A stretch of 64,000 bases of DNA from Arcobacteraceae bacterium. GTDB taxonomy: Bacteria; Campylobacterota; Campylobacteria; Campylobacterales; Arcobacteraceae. Within the stretch, counting starts at the first letter, position 1; the number at the start of each line of letters is the position of its first letter. The position numbers and the translations under genes are program-made. The notes beneath the pieces are model-generated. The model was given only the letters and a program-made list of their open reading frames with translations, ran no database searches and had not been told where the DNA came from. The DNA lies in the NCBI GenBank assembly GCA_048268245.1, contig JBLWVX010000001.1, positions 138,327 through 202,326 on the forward strand, given 5' to 3'. Of this stretch, positions 49,309 to 58,806 are shown piece by piece.

Positions 49309-51099
49309 CTACTTATGTAATTTGAACACGTGTACTGAACCACCTTGGTTTAAAAGCTTAACAGCTTTTGCAACTTCACCACCCCATAAAGGAACGGCTC
49401 CACCCCAACCAGATACTACAGCAATATATTGCTCACCATTTTGCTCCCAAGTAATAGGAGAAGAAACGATTCCAGATCCAACATTAAATGAGTATAACTC
49501 TTTACCCGTTTCATCATCTAATGCTAAAAGTTTACCTTCTGGATTACCTGTAATTACTAAACCACCAGCAGTAGTTAAAACTCCACCCCATAATGGTGCT
49601 TTGTTTTTATAAATCCACTTAATTTTTCCAGTTACAGGATCAACAGCTTTGATAGCACCAATGTGATCTTCGTAAATAGGTTTAATAGTAAATCCAGCAC
49701 CTAAGTATGCTGCACCTTTTTTATAAGAAACAGGTTGATTCCAAATATCCATTCCCCACTCATTTGCAGGAACATAGAATAATCCAGTTTTTTGTGAGTA
49801 TGCCATTGGATTCCAGTTTTTCCCACCTAAGAATGAAGGTACTGAGAATACAGATTTACCTTTTTTCCCATTTACAGGAGCTCCAGGTCTATTATCTTCA
49901 TTTACTATAGGTCTACCATTTTCATCAATTCCTTTAGCCCATGTGATTTTATCAACAAAAGGAGTAGATCTGATGTATTTACCATTAACTCTATCTAAAA
50001 CATAGAAGAATCCATTTTTATCAGCAGTAGCACCGGCTTTTACAACATTTCCATTTTCATCTTTGTAATCAAATGGTATAAATTCAGCCATACCATCGTA
50101 ATCCCATCCATCATTTGGAGTAGTTTGGTAATGCCATACAACTTTACCAGTATCAGGATTTACAGCAACTCTTGAAGCAGTGTATAAGTTATCACCTTTT
50201 CTTAAGTGAGAATTCCAAGGTGCAGGGTTTCCAGTTGGAACATAAATTAAGTCTGTTTCAGGATCGTAAGTTACACCATTCCATGGAGCACCACCACCAT
50301 GTTTCCAAGTATCACCTTCCCAAGTAGCATTTAAAGTACCAGTAATACCATTTTCTTTACCATTTAAGTATCCCATATGTCCTTCAACCATTGGTCTAGT
50401 CCATATTAATTTACCTGTATTTGGGTTTCTAGCCTCTACTTTACCAACAACACCAAATTCACCACCAGATACACCAGTAATTAACATATCTTTTACGATA
50501 AGCGGAGCAGCTGTAAATGAGTACCCATCTTTATACTTAGCAATTCTTTTTTTCCATTTAACTTTACCAGTCTTTCTATCAAGAGCAACTAGTTTTGCAT
50601 CAAGTGTTCCAAAAATAACTAAATCACCATATAATGCAGCACCTCTGTTAATAACATCACAACAAGGTAAAATTGCATCAGGAAGTCTTGCATCATATTG
50701 CCATAACTCTTCACCAGTTAAAATATCAATAGCAAAAAGTCTAGAGTAAGAAGCAGTTACATACATAACTCCATCTTTAACTACAGGTTGAGACTCTTGT
50801 CCTCTTTGTTTTTCCCCACCAAAACTAAAGTTCCATACTGGAACTAAATCTTTAATTGTGTCTTTGTTGATTTGAGTTAATGTTGAGTATCTTTGACCTT
50901 TTGGTCCTAAACCATAACTAACTACATCACCAGGTGTTTTTGCATCATTTACGATTTCATCATATGTAACTGGTGCAAATGATGGTTTTGTAACTTTTGT
51001 TATGCTATTATTTTCTGTGTTGCTAGACATAGCACATCCACTAATTAGTGCAGCTAGTGTAACGGCAACTGCACTAGTTAGCAATCTATTCTTATTCAT
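49309..51099 (-). CDS. pedH: PQQ-dependent alcohol dehydrogenase, lanthanide-type (PedH/ExaF-like), predicted lipoprotein
   Basis: [12 protein letters not shown], vicinal [31 protein letters not shown] (D-x-D), [18 protein letters not shown]; lipobox ISGC. Confidence 0.88.
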   Translation of the reverse strand: MNKNRLLTSAVAVTLAALISGCAMSSNTENNSITKVTKPSFAPVTYDEIVNDAKTPGDVVSYGLGPKGQRYSTLTQINKDTIKDLVPVWNFSFGGEKQRGQESQPVVKDGVMYVTASYSRLFAIDILTGEELWQYDARLPDAILPCCDVINRGAALYGDLVIFGTLDAKLVALDRKTGKVKWKKRIAKYKDGYSFTAAPLIVKDMLITGVSGGEFGVVGKVEARNPNTGKLIWTRPMVEGHMGYLNGKENGITGTLNATWEGDTWKHGGGAPWNGVTYDPETDLIYVPTGNPAPWNSHLRKGDNLYTASRVAVNPDTGKVVWHYQTTPNDGWDYDGMAEFIPFDYKDENGNVVKAGATADKNGFFYVLDRVNGKYIRSTPFVDKITWAKGIDENGRPIVNEDNRPGAPVNGKKGKSVFSVPSFLGGKNWNPMAYSQKTGLFYVPANEWGMDIWNQPVSYKKGAAYLGAGFTIKPIYEDHIGAIKAVDPVTGKIKWIYKNKAPLWGGVLTTAGGLVITGNPEGKLLALDDETGKELYSFNVGSGIVSSPITWEQNGEQYIAVVSGWGGAVPLWGGEVAKAVKLLNQGGSVHVFKLHK

Positions 51100-51151
51100 C
51101 TTCTCTCCTTCTTAATTTTGATAACAAACCTGAAAAATTTGTCTGAAAAGA

Positions 51152-51183
51152 AGTATACATAAGAAATATAGCCTCAGTTTAGC
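51152..51183 (-). promoter_or_regulatory. pedH-pqq promoter
   Basis: Minus strand GCTAAA-N5-GCTATA (51183-51167)-N9-TATACT (51157-51152). Confidence 0.8.
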
Positions 51184-51961
51184 TATGATTTACTTTTTTA
51201 GATTTAAAACCTACAAAGGCCATTATTAGGGTTATTACTAAAGAAATTAGCACAATTATTAAAGAGTTTGCATCAATTTTTAGATATAAAGTAAATCTTA
51301 TAGACTCAACTATATAAGTAAATGGATTATAAGATGATATATTAAATAAAATAAGTGATGAATCTTTTATTTTCCATAAAGGATATAAGGCACTACTTAA
51401 GAAGAACATCGGAAAAATCACAAAGTTCATTACTGTAGCAAAGTTCTCTAACTGTTTAATTACAGAAGAAATAAACAGTGCAAATGCATTTAGTATTATT
51501 GAAGAAATCATAATAATTGGAATTGTTGCTAAAATAGCTAAAAAAGATATATCAACCCCATAAACTTTTGCAATGAGTAAAAAAGTTACCGCTTGTATTG
51601 TAGATACAATTGCTGTTGCAAACATCTTACAAAAAAGTAAATAGTTTCTATTGATATAAGAAGATAGTAAAATTTTCATACTTCCCATTTCTCTATCAAA
51701 TATCATAGTAAGACTACTTTGCATACCATTGAAAAGTAAAACCATTCCAACAAGTCCTGGGACTATGTATGTTTCATAAGTGATATATGTTTCATATGGA
51801 GGAATAATAGCTAAACCTAAAGCCGTTTTAAAACCCACTGAGAAAATAAATAACCATAATAAAGGTCGCACTAGAGCTGAAAAAAATCTACTTTTTTGTT
51901 TTACAAATCGAATTAACTCTTTATAGATAATTCCTTTCATACAATTTATATAAATATTCAT
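51179..51961 (-). CDS. ABC-2 type permease of PQQ-ADH systems (PedC-like)
   Basis: RFFSALVRPLLW, PPYETYITYE.YIVPGL, FNGMQSSL, QLENFA.VMNFVIFPMFFLSSALYPLW. Confidence 0.88.
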   Translation of the reverse strand: MNIYINCMKGIIYKELIRFVKQKSRFFSALVRPLLWLFIFSVGFKTALGLAIIPPYETYITYETYIVPGLVGMVLLFNGMQSSLTMIFDREMGSMKILLSSYINRNYLLFCKMFATAIVSTIQAVTFLLIAKVYGVDISFLAILATIPIIMISSIILNAFALFISSVIKQLENFATVMNFVIFPMFFLSSALYPLWKIKDSSLILFNISSYNPFTYIVESIRFTLYLKIDANSLIIVLISLVITLIMAFVGFKSKKVNHS

Positions 51962-51964
51962 CTT

Positions 51965-52687
51965 TTACCTTACTATTTGATTGAATGTATCAACCAAGTT
52001 ATCTTTTTCATACTTTTTAACAATATCTTTTACAATTCCAGACTCTACTATCTCACCTTTTTTAATAAATGATATATCATCATCTTCTTTTACTTCATCA
52101 AAAAGATGTGTAATCCATAAAACACTTAAGTTTTCTCTTTTTACTAAATCTCTAACATAATCTAAAATATCAAATCTACTTTTTAAATCAAGCCCAACTG
52201 TAGGCTCATCTAAAAGTAATAGCTTTGGTTTATTTATCAAAGCTCTCAAAATTTCAACTCTTCTTCTATGACCACCATTTAATTTTCTAGCAGTAATATC
52301 TAGTGAATCCTGTAATTCAAGCCTTACTATTTCATTTTCTACAGATTTTATAGTATCTTTAAAACCTAAACCTTTAAGTGAACCATAATAATAAAGATTT
52401 TGTCGTACGGTTAAATCTAAATCCAAAGTTGGTTCTTGAAAAACAATACCTATATCTTTTAAGGATTTTGAATAATTTTTTATTGAGTGTTGATTTATAT
52501 TTATAGTTCCAACTTCAAGTTTTAGAAGTCTAGTAATTAGTGAGAATACTGTAGATTTTCCAGCTCCATTTAGTCCTAGCAGAACAGAAAAACTGCCCTG
52601 CTTTATACTAAAAGATATATTATTTAATACCTTTTTAGATCCATAAGAAAAATCTACATCTTTTAATTCTAAGATATTTTTTTCCAT
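51965..52687 (-). CDS. ABC ATP-binding protein of PQQ-ADH systems (PedB-like)
   Basis: GLNGAGKST.FSLITRL, PTLDLDL, LNGGHRRRVEI.RAL, LLLDEPTVGLD. Confidence 0.9.
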   Translation of the reverse strand: MEKNILELKDVDFSYGSKKVLNNISFSIKQGSFSVLLGLNGAGKSTVFSLITRLLKLEVGTININQHSIKNYSKSLKDIGIVFQEPTLDLDLTVRQNLYYYGSLKGLGFKDTIKSVENEIVRLELQDSLDITARKLNGGHRRRVEILRALINKPKLLLLDEPTVGLDLKSRFDILDYVRDLVKRENLSVLWITHLFDEVKEDDDISFIKKGEIVESGIVKDIVKKYEKDNLVDTFNQIVR

Positions 52688-52689
52688 GA

Positions 52690-53649
52690 TTATTTACTTG
52701 GGATTACTGCTAAGCCCCAAGGGTATCTTCCAACTTGAATAGTTTTCTTAACTTTTAAAGATTCTACATCAATAACAGAAACATCACCACTTACACCATT
52801 TGTAGTATAAAGTTTCTTTTCATTATTTGCAAAATCAAGCATCCAAACTCTACTTCCAACTAATAAGTATTTGATTACTTTATATGTCTTTGCATCAATT
52901 ACAGCTACATGATTTGCAGGTCCTAAACCAACAAAAGCATATTTACCATCACTTGTTAATTTAATACCAACTGGTTGAATTAAATCTTTAAAGATTCCAG
53001 GAATTTTAAAAGAAATCTTTGAAAGTGGCTCTTTAGTTTTTGTATCTATAACCATTACAGTTCCACCAATTTCACTTGATGCCCAAATTTTATCACCACT
53101 TTTTGTAAATTCAATATGTCTTGGTCTTTGATCTACTAAAGTATTATGAACAATCTTTTTAGTTTTTGTATCAATCCAATGTAAAAAGTTTGATGTTTCT
53201 GATGTATTAATAGCTATTGATCCATCTGGACTTACAGCCATACCCTCAGGCTCAATACCAACTTCTATTTGAGCAACTACATCTTTTTTTTGAACATCTA
53301 CAACTGTTACAATTCCATCATCTTCATTTGATATGTAAAGTTCTTTACCATCTGGATGTAAAGCAAATTGTTCTGGATCTTCACCTGATGGAAGGCTATA
53401 TAAAATTTCACCAGTTTTTGTATCCATAGCTTGAACTGTATCATCATCACTTGCACAAATATATAGTTTTGAATAATCTTTTGTAAGTAGAATTCCTCTA
53501 GGTCTTTGACCAACCTCATAAGTTTTTATAACTTTATCTGTGTTTGAATCTATAACAGTAATAGTATTATCTTTCTCATTTGAAACAAAAATAGTATCTG
53601 CTAGTAAACTTGTTGATAATAATGCAGATGCTAATAATAATCTCTTCAT
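52690..53649 (-). CDS. YVTN beta-propeller of PQQ-dependent catabolism (PedA2-like)
   Basis: Signal peptide; VSNEKDNT, VGQRPRG, LPSGEDPE, VG.EPEG, SSEIGG, GPANHVAV, VGRYPWG. Confidence 0.88.
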   Translation of the reverse strand: MKRLLLASALLSTSLLADTIFVSNEKDNTITVIDSNTDKVIKTYEVGQRPRGILLTKDYSKLYICASDDDTVQAMDTKTGEILYSLPSGEDPEQFALHPDGKELYISNEDDGIVTVVDVQKKDVVAQIEVGIEPEGMAVSPDGSIAINTSETSNFLHWIDTKTKKIVHNTLVDQRPRHIEFTKSGDKIWASSEIGGTVMVIDTKTKEPLSKISFKIPGIFKDLIQPVGIKLTSDGKYAFVGLGPANHVAVIDAKTYKVIKYLLVGSRVWMLDFANNEKKLYTTNGVSGDVSVIDVESLKVKKTIQVGRYPWGLAVIPSK

Positions 53650-53678
53650 AATAACTTCTCCTAAATTTTAGTTGAAGC

Positions 53679-53710
53679 ATTGTATAAGATGTTTATAGCC
53701 TGAGTTTAGC
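53679..53710 (-). promoter_or_regulatory. Promoter of the beta-propeller/ABC operon
   Basis: GCTAAA-N5-GCTATA (53710-53694)-N9-TACAAT (53684-53679). Confidence 0.8.
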
Positions 53711-53825
53711 AAAGTATTTATTTTGATTTTGTCATTTTAAATAGTAGAATTTATAGGAAGTAAAGATTGTAAAAACAATTAGTATAAAACAGAAATTGCT
53801 TTATACTATATATTTAAACTATTAT

Positions 53826-54242
53826 TTATTTTACAATAAAAGTAGCTCTTTCTCTATCACTTTTAGCTGATGGAAGACCTAATGTATAAGTACCTGGTTT
53901 AATAGGGATAAAAGTAAGTTCAATTTCACCCTCATCATCAAATTCAAAACTATCAATTCCTAATGGTCTTACTTCAATATCATTGATAGATACTTGATTA
54001 ACCCAAATATTTCTAAAAAATTCAGGACCTACAATAGGCACTTCTCTTGAACCATCACTTTTTAATACTAATTTATAGTATTTACCTGCTTTTAAATTAT
54101 AAGGTTTATCTGCCAAAGTTTTACCTGCACCAATTGTAATAGGCTCTAAAGTTGTTCTTGAATGTAATAAGCCCTTTATATTTGCAAAAGCAAACTCAGC
54201 TGTTAAAATTAACATAATTGCAACTGTTAAAAATCTTTTCAT
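53826..54242 (-). CDS. Exported cupredoxin-like protein lacking copper ligands
   Basis: Signal peptide; L.AGKYY.L and ELTFIP.KPG.Y strands; acidic FEFDDEGE; no Cys, and the single His is outside the ligand region. Confidence 0.6.
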   Translation of the reverse strand: MKRFLTVAIMLILTAEFAFANIKGLLHSRTTLEPITIGAGKTLADKPYNLKAGKYYKLVLKSDGSREVPIVGPEFFRNIWVNQVSINDIEVRPLGIDSFEFDDEGEIELTFIPIKPGTYTLGLPSAKSDRERATFIVK

Positions 54243-54269
54243 TTTTTCTCCTAAATTTTAAGTTTCGAC

Positions 54270-54345
54270 ATTGTAATTAATAATTATAGCCTGAGTTTAG
54301 CGATGTTTTTTTTGCTAAACTTAGGCTATAAATCTTATGTATACT
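54270..54345. promoter_or_regulatory. Divergent promoter pair with GCTAAA-N5-GCTATA boxes
   Basis: Minus: box 54301-54285, -10 TACAAT 54275-54270. Plus: box 54314-54330, -10 TATACT 54340-54345. Both spacers 9 nt. Confidence 0.8.
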
Positions 54346-54370
54346 CTTAAAAAATTAAGAAGGAAAATAT

Positions 54371-55519
54371 ATGAGACTATTACCATTATTACTTATATTT
54401 GCAACTTTTCTAAATGCAAATATACTAGAAGTAAATATTTTATACCTAGAGCAGAAGATCAAAAAGCCACCAGTATTATCAAATGTTATAGAAGACCCAG
54501 ATGATTTAGGACTAAAAGGTGCCCAAATAGCCATAAAAGACAGCAATAAAAGCGCAAGGTTCTTAAATCAAAAATACAATTTAGTAGAGGCTATTTCTTA
54601 TAAAAAAGAAGAGCTTATTAGTGCCTATGAGAAGTTTATAAATGAAAACAATAGCTATGTTATTTTAAATGTAGAAGATGATTTATTAAAAGAACTTTTA
54701 ACAAATAAACTTGCTTCAAAGACTCTTTTTATTAATGCAAAAAGTCAAAACTCAAATCTTAGAAAGAACTATTGTCAAGATAATCTTTTACATACTATAG
54801 CAAGTAATGCTATGTTATATGATGGATTGGTACAATTTTTAGTAAAAAGAGACTTTAAAGACATCTTTTTAATTAGTGGAGAACATGAAAAAGATTTACT
54901 TATTAAAGAAGATATTAAAAGATCTATTAAAAAATTTGGTGCAAAAATTGTAGAAGAGAAAGTTTGGGATAATAATAGTGATATTAGAAGAAAAGCAAGT
55001 ACTGAATTTCCATCATTCACACAAGCTTCAAAATATGATTTAATATTACTTGCAGATTATCATGGAGACTTCGGTGAATTTATGTATTTTAATACTTGGC
55101 TTCCAAGACCTGTTGCTGGAACACAAGGTTTAACACCTGTTACATGGCATAAAGTTATTGAGGCTTGGGGAGCTGCGCAAATGCAAAGTAGATTTGAGAA
55201 GTTCTCAAATAGATGGATGCAATCTCTTGACTACTCAAACTGGGTTGCAGTTAGGTCAATTGTAAATGCACTAACTCATACAAAAACAGCAGATTTAAAA
55301 ACAAATATTAAATATATTTATTCAAAAGAGTTTGAACTTGCAGCATATAAAGGAAGAAAACTTACTTTTAGAGACTATAATGGACAATTAAGAATGCCTG
55401 TAGCATTAATTCAACCAAGAGCCTTAGTTTCAACTTCTCCACAAGTTGGATTTTTACATCCAAAAACTGACTTAGATACTTTAGGTATTGCACCATTTGA
55501 AATGGAGTGTAAAAAGTAA
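54371..55519 (+). CDS. LIV-fold substrate-binding protein of PQQ-ADH systems (PedA1-like)
   Basis: GAQ.AI.D.N...RFL.Q, LLHT, KKFGAKIV.EK.W, PRPVAGT.GL.P..WH...E.WGAAQ.Q.RF, YKG.KL.FR...GQLR, SPQ.GFLHP...LDTLG. Confidence 0.85.
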   Translation: MRLLPLLLIFATFLNANILEVNILYLEQKIKKPPVLSNVIEDPDDLGLKGAQIAIKDSNKSARFLNQKYNLVEAISYKKEELISAYEKFINENNSYVILNVEDDLLKELLTNKLASKTLFINAKSQNSNLRKNYCQDNLLHTIASNAMLYDGLVQFLVKRDFKDIFLISGEHEKDLLIKEDIKRSIKKFGAKIVEEKVWDNNSDIRRKASTEFPSFTQASKYDLILLADYHGDFGEFMYFNTWLPRPVAGTQGLTPVTWHKVIEAWGAAQMQSRFEKFSNRWMQSLDYSNWVAVRSIVNALTHTKTADLKTNIKYIYSKEFELAAYKGRKLTFRDYNGQLRMPVALIQPRALVSTSPQVGFLHPKTDLDTLGIAPFEMECKK

Positions 55520-55974
55520 TGAAAAAGCTAATACTTCTTTGTACAATGATTTGTTTTTTAAATGCAAACTACAAGATTGTCGAAAATGAAAATCTTTTTA
55601 GTGTAAAAATAGAAAATGAAAATTTCCAAGAAGTATTAGTAAACCTAAAAGATGAGATAGGTTTTCAAGGTTTTGTGATTGTACATGAACTAAATCTTGC
55701 AAAATCCACATCAAATGTAGCAAAAGCTTTAAAACAAAATGCTGTTTTAACAAATGGAGTGAATCTACTTATGTGTAAAAGTAGTTTTACTTTAGAAATG
55801 ATTCAAGAAAACCCTTCAAATATTACTTATTGTCCTTTAGGTATCTCTGTTTATGAAGTTAAAAATGAAGTTTTTATATCTTATAAGAAATATCATAAAT
55901 TAAACTTTGATGATAAGATTTTTGAAGAAGTAAATGAGAAGTTAAAAAATCTAATATTAAAGAGTTTGGATTAA
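55519..55974 (+). CDS. DUF302 family exported protein
   Basis: GF.IVHE.N, L.C......M, YCPLGISVYE. Confidence 0.75.
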   Translation: MKKLILLCTMICFLNANYKIVENENLFSVKIENENFQEVLVNLKDEIGFQGFVIVHELNLAKSTSNVAKALKQNAVLTNGVNLLMCKSSFTLEMIQENPSNITYCPLGISVYEVKNEVFISYKKYHKLNFDDKIFEEVNEKLKNLILKSLD

Positions 55975-56369
55975 TATTTCCCAAACTCTTTGTAAGTACC
56001 ATTATCTAAAAGTAAATATACTGTTTTTACTTCTTTATCATTTTCATATGAAGGAAGTGAAAGTCCCATTGAACCTTTAGGGATATTTCCTAGAAACTCT
56101 TTCATAGCTTTTGCTGGAACATTTCCTTCAAATACATAATCTTTAAAAATTGTTGTATTACATGATTGAACCTCTCTTGGAACACCAACACTATATTTTA
56201 AACCTTTTACATTTACCATTTGTACTATTTCAACTTCATCGGCTATTTTTTTCATATCATCTAACCAAGATTTAGGACAAGTACTTGTCATAGGTTGGAA
56301 AATCTGCATTTTACTCTCACTTGCAAATACTGCAAGAGCTAGCATTAAACTTAAAACTATTTTTTTCAT
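55971..56369 (-). CDS. DUF411/CopG-like periplasmic protein with altered metal ligands
   Basis: LK..VGVP.EVQSCNT....YVFEGNVPA..M..FL......GLSLP matches the DUF411 pattern SCHT...EGHVP with His to Asn. Confidence 0.7.
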   Translation of the reverse strand: MKKIVLSLMLALAVFASESKMQIFQPMTSTCPKSWLDDMKKIADEVEIVQMVNVKGLKYSVGVPREVQSCNTTIFKDYVFEGNVPAKAMKEFLGNIPKGSMGLSLPSYENDKEVKTVYLLLDNGTYKEFGKY

Positions 56370-57064
56370 ATTTCTCCTTTTAATATATTTGGGTATATCT
56401 CAAACATTTCATTTTTTACCTCATCAACTCTTCGTTGATTGGCTTTTCTGTTTGTATTATTGTCGAATTCTAAAATTGTAGTTGCAGGATTTTTTGATAA
56501 AAAGAAAATCCTATTTGAAAAGTATATTGCTTCACTTAAATCATGAGTTACTAAAACAACTTTTGGAGTAAACTTTTCACACAGTTTTAAAAACTCCTCT
56601 TTTAACTGCATAGCCGTTGGATAATCTAGTGAAATAAAAGGTTCATCTAAAAGTATAAGTTTAGGTTCATTTATAAAAGCTCTTATTAAAGCCACTCTTC
56701 TTTTCATTCCCCCTGATAAAGAGTTAGGATAGAAATCTAAAACTTCTTCTAAATTTATAAGCTTTAAAAACTCTTTGATTTTATTTTCATCTTTATTTTT
56801 TGAAACTAATAAAAGATTTTCTTTTATAGTTAACCATGGTATTAATCTATCATCTTGAAACATAAAAGATATTTCATCACTATCTTTTTTTACTTCTCCA
56901 ATATAATTATCATCTAATGATGCTAAAATATTTAAAAGTGTTGTTTTACCACATCCTGATGGACCTATTATAGATATAAACTCACTTTTTTTTAGACTTA
57001 TATTTATATCTTTTAAAACAGTTTTTTCTTTATAACTTTTGTTTTCAATACAAATTTCTAACAT
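56366..57064 (-). CDS. ABC ATP-binding protein, NitT/TauT type (LutE-like)
   Basis: GPSGCGKTT, FQD.RL.PW, LSGGMKRRVAL, LDEPF.SLD. Confidence 0.85.
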   Translation of the reverse strand: MLEICIENKSYKEKTVLKDINISLKKSEFISIIGPSGCGKTTLLNILASLDDNYIGEVKKDSDEISFMFQDDRLIPWLTIKENLLLVSKNKDENKIKEFLKLINLEEVLDFYPNSLSGGMKRRVALIRAFINEPKLILLDEPFISLDYPTAMQLKEEFLKLCEKFTPKVVLVTHDLSEAIYFSNRIFFLSKNPATTILEFDNNTNRKANQRRVDEVKNEMFEIYPNILKGEI

Positions 57065-57065
57065 A

Positions 57066-57803
57066 CTATTTCCATTTATTTATATATAAATCTATTGGTT
57101 TTAAAAATAGTTTTTCGATTAAAAGTATTACTAATACAAAAGCAAATGAATAAGCTAATATTGAAGTAATATCAAAAAACTGAAAAAACATAGAAATCTT
57201 AAAACCTATTCCATCACTTCTTCCAAGAAGCTCAACCACTAATACAATTTTCCAAATCAAAGATAAACACAGTCTTGTAGAAGCCATAATATAAGGATAA
57301 ATTTGAGGTAAAAAAACTTTGAAAAAAGTCTCTTTATTTGAAACTTTATATACTTTTGCTAATTGCATATATTTTCTATCAATTGCTTTTGTACCTTCTC
57401 TTACATTTACTATTACTATTGGAAGTTTATTTAATATTACGGCTAAAAGTGCAGCAAAATCTGTAAGTCCAAACCAAATATAACAAATAACAATTGTTAC
57501 AAGTGCTGGAATATTTAATCCAAGAATTAAAATAAAATCAAAAATATCATCTATTTTTTTAGACACTCCCATTAAAATACCAAAAACGATACCAAGTAAC
57601 ATAACTACAAAAAAACAAACAAATACTCTATATAAAGTAATTCCTAAATTATAAAGTAAATCTGAATTTATAGTATGATCATATAAACTAGTACCTATTT
57701 GAGTAATAGATGGAAAAGTCAAGCTTGATATAAAAAAAGCTGTTACTTCCCAAATACCTAAAAAAGCTATTATTGATATGATTCTAATATTTTTATTTAG
57801 CAC
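57066..57803 (-). CDS. ABC permease, NitT/TauT type (LutF-like)
   Basis: LNIPALV.I..CYIWFGL, NK.P, REG, L.WKIVLVVELLGRSDG.GF. Confidence 0.85.
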   Translation of the reverse strand: MLNKNIRIISIIAFLGIWEVTAFFISSLTFPSITQIGTSLYDHTINSDLLYNLGITLYRVFVCFFVVMLLGIVFGILMGVSKKIDDIFDFILILGLNIPALVTIVICYIWFGLTDFAALLAVILNKLPIVIVNVREGTKAIDRKYMQLAKVYKVSNKETFFKVFLPQIYPYIMASTRLCLSLIWKIVLVVELLGRSDGIGFKISMFFQFFDITSILAYSFAFVLVILLIEKLFLKPIDLYINKWK

Positions 57804-57815
57804 TTTTTACTCTTC

Positions 57816-58775
57816 TTACTTTTCAAAATTCCAAAAAGTTTTTTCATCTAAGCTTTTAGCATTTGAAAGCAAGTTTTTTCCACCCTCATTTAAAAGTATT
57901 TCAAATACTTTTTTTGAATCTTCTATATTTTTAGATGAAAACTCTTTTATTATTCCTTCTTTAAAGCCTTCCTTCAATGATAAGAAAACTTTTTCATCTT
58001 TTGCTTTCATAAGAGGTCTTATTCTATCCCACTCTTTTTCATCTGATAAAAGGATATCTTTTGCCTCATGACTAGCTTTTATAAATGAGTTATAAAGCTT
58101 TTTATTTTTTAAAGCAACATCTCTTCTAAATGTCCATCCAATTAATGAAATATCTTCTTTTACACCTAATTGTTCTAAAATATCACTCATTTGTATTAGT
58201 GCTTTTGCATCTTTTGCTTTTAGTTTTGCATTAAAATGCCAAAAATTAATAGCACTATTTAATGAACCATCTAATATCTTTTTATACAAGATAACTGGAC
58301 TTGCAAATACAGGAGTTATTAAATCTTTTAAATCTTTTCCATGCTTATATTTACTGTATGCTCTTAAAAGTAACCAACTTTTATCATAAGGTCCACCTGC
58401 AACTCCAAGCTTTTGACCCTTTAAGTCTAAAAGTGTTTTGGCATTTTGCTTTGTATATATTGTACCTGTAGCTTTTGAATATGGATAAAAAGTAAAATCT
58501 TTTCCATTTGCCCTTTGAGTATTTACCCAAAGCCAATCAGTAACTATCATATCTACAGAGTCAGCTTGTATTGCAACAGATGAAGCATTTTTTGAAGCAA
58601 GTTTTAAAACTTCTAAATCAAAACCATACTTTTTATCAAGTTTATTATATTTGATTACATCAAGTTCCCAGTTAACTGTTCCATAAGCTAAAACACCTAC
58701 TTTTAATTTATCTTCTGCATTAACATTTATAATACTTATTATTGTTATTAATAGTGCTACTAAAAATTTAATCAT
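57816..58775 (-). CDS. ABC substrate-binding protein, NMT1/TauA fold (LutA-like)
   Basis: GVL.YGTVNWELDVIK, IVTDWLWV, PYS, GVAGGP.DKSWLLL, NFWHF.AKL; likely start 58775 (RBS GGAG). Confidence 0.75.
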   Translation of the reverse strand: MIKFLVALLITIISIINVNAEDKLKVGVLAYGTVNWELDVIKYNKLDKKYGFDLEVLKLASKNASSVAIQADSVDMIVTDWLWVNTQRANGKDFTFYPYSKATGTIYTKQNAKTLLDLKGQKLGVAGGPYDKSWLLLRAYSKYKHGKDLKDLITPVFASPVILYKKILDGSLNSAINFWHFNAKLKAKDAKALIQMSDILEQLGVKEDISLIGWTFRRDVALKNKKLYNSFIKASHEAKDILLSDEKEWDRIRPLMKAKDEKVFLSLKEGFKEGIIKEFSSKNIEDSKKVFEILLNEGGKNLLSNAKSLDEKTFWNFEK

Positions 58776-58806
58776 GTATTTTTTCTCCAAAGCTTAAATA
58801 TCAAGT

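Noticed and set aside
49309..51099. XoxF/MxaF methanol dehydrogenase or quinohaemoprotein assignment
   Set aside because: [16 protein letters not shown] and [11 protein letters not shown] are ExaA/PedH-type signatures; there is no C-terminal CxxCH and no C1-assimilation genes in the window.
2113..58071. Short antisense or overlapping ORFs in the track (e.g. 2113, 4294, 6725, 16793, 17441, 19176, 19211, 19468, 20830, 23511, 23727, 25535, 34726, 35594, 36603, 37834, 41336, 47383, 49298, 49707, 53217, 53307, 54355, 54775, 57778)
   Set aside because: They lie within or opposite well-supported genes and show no recognisable motifs; typical shadow ORFs.
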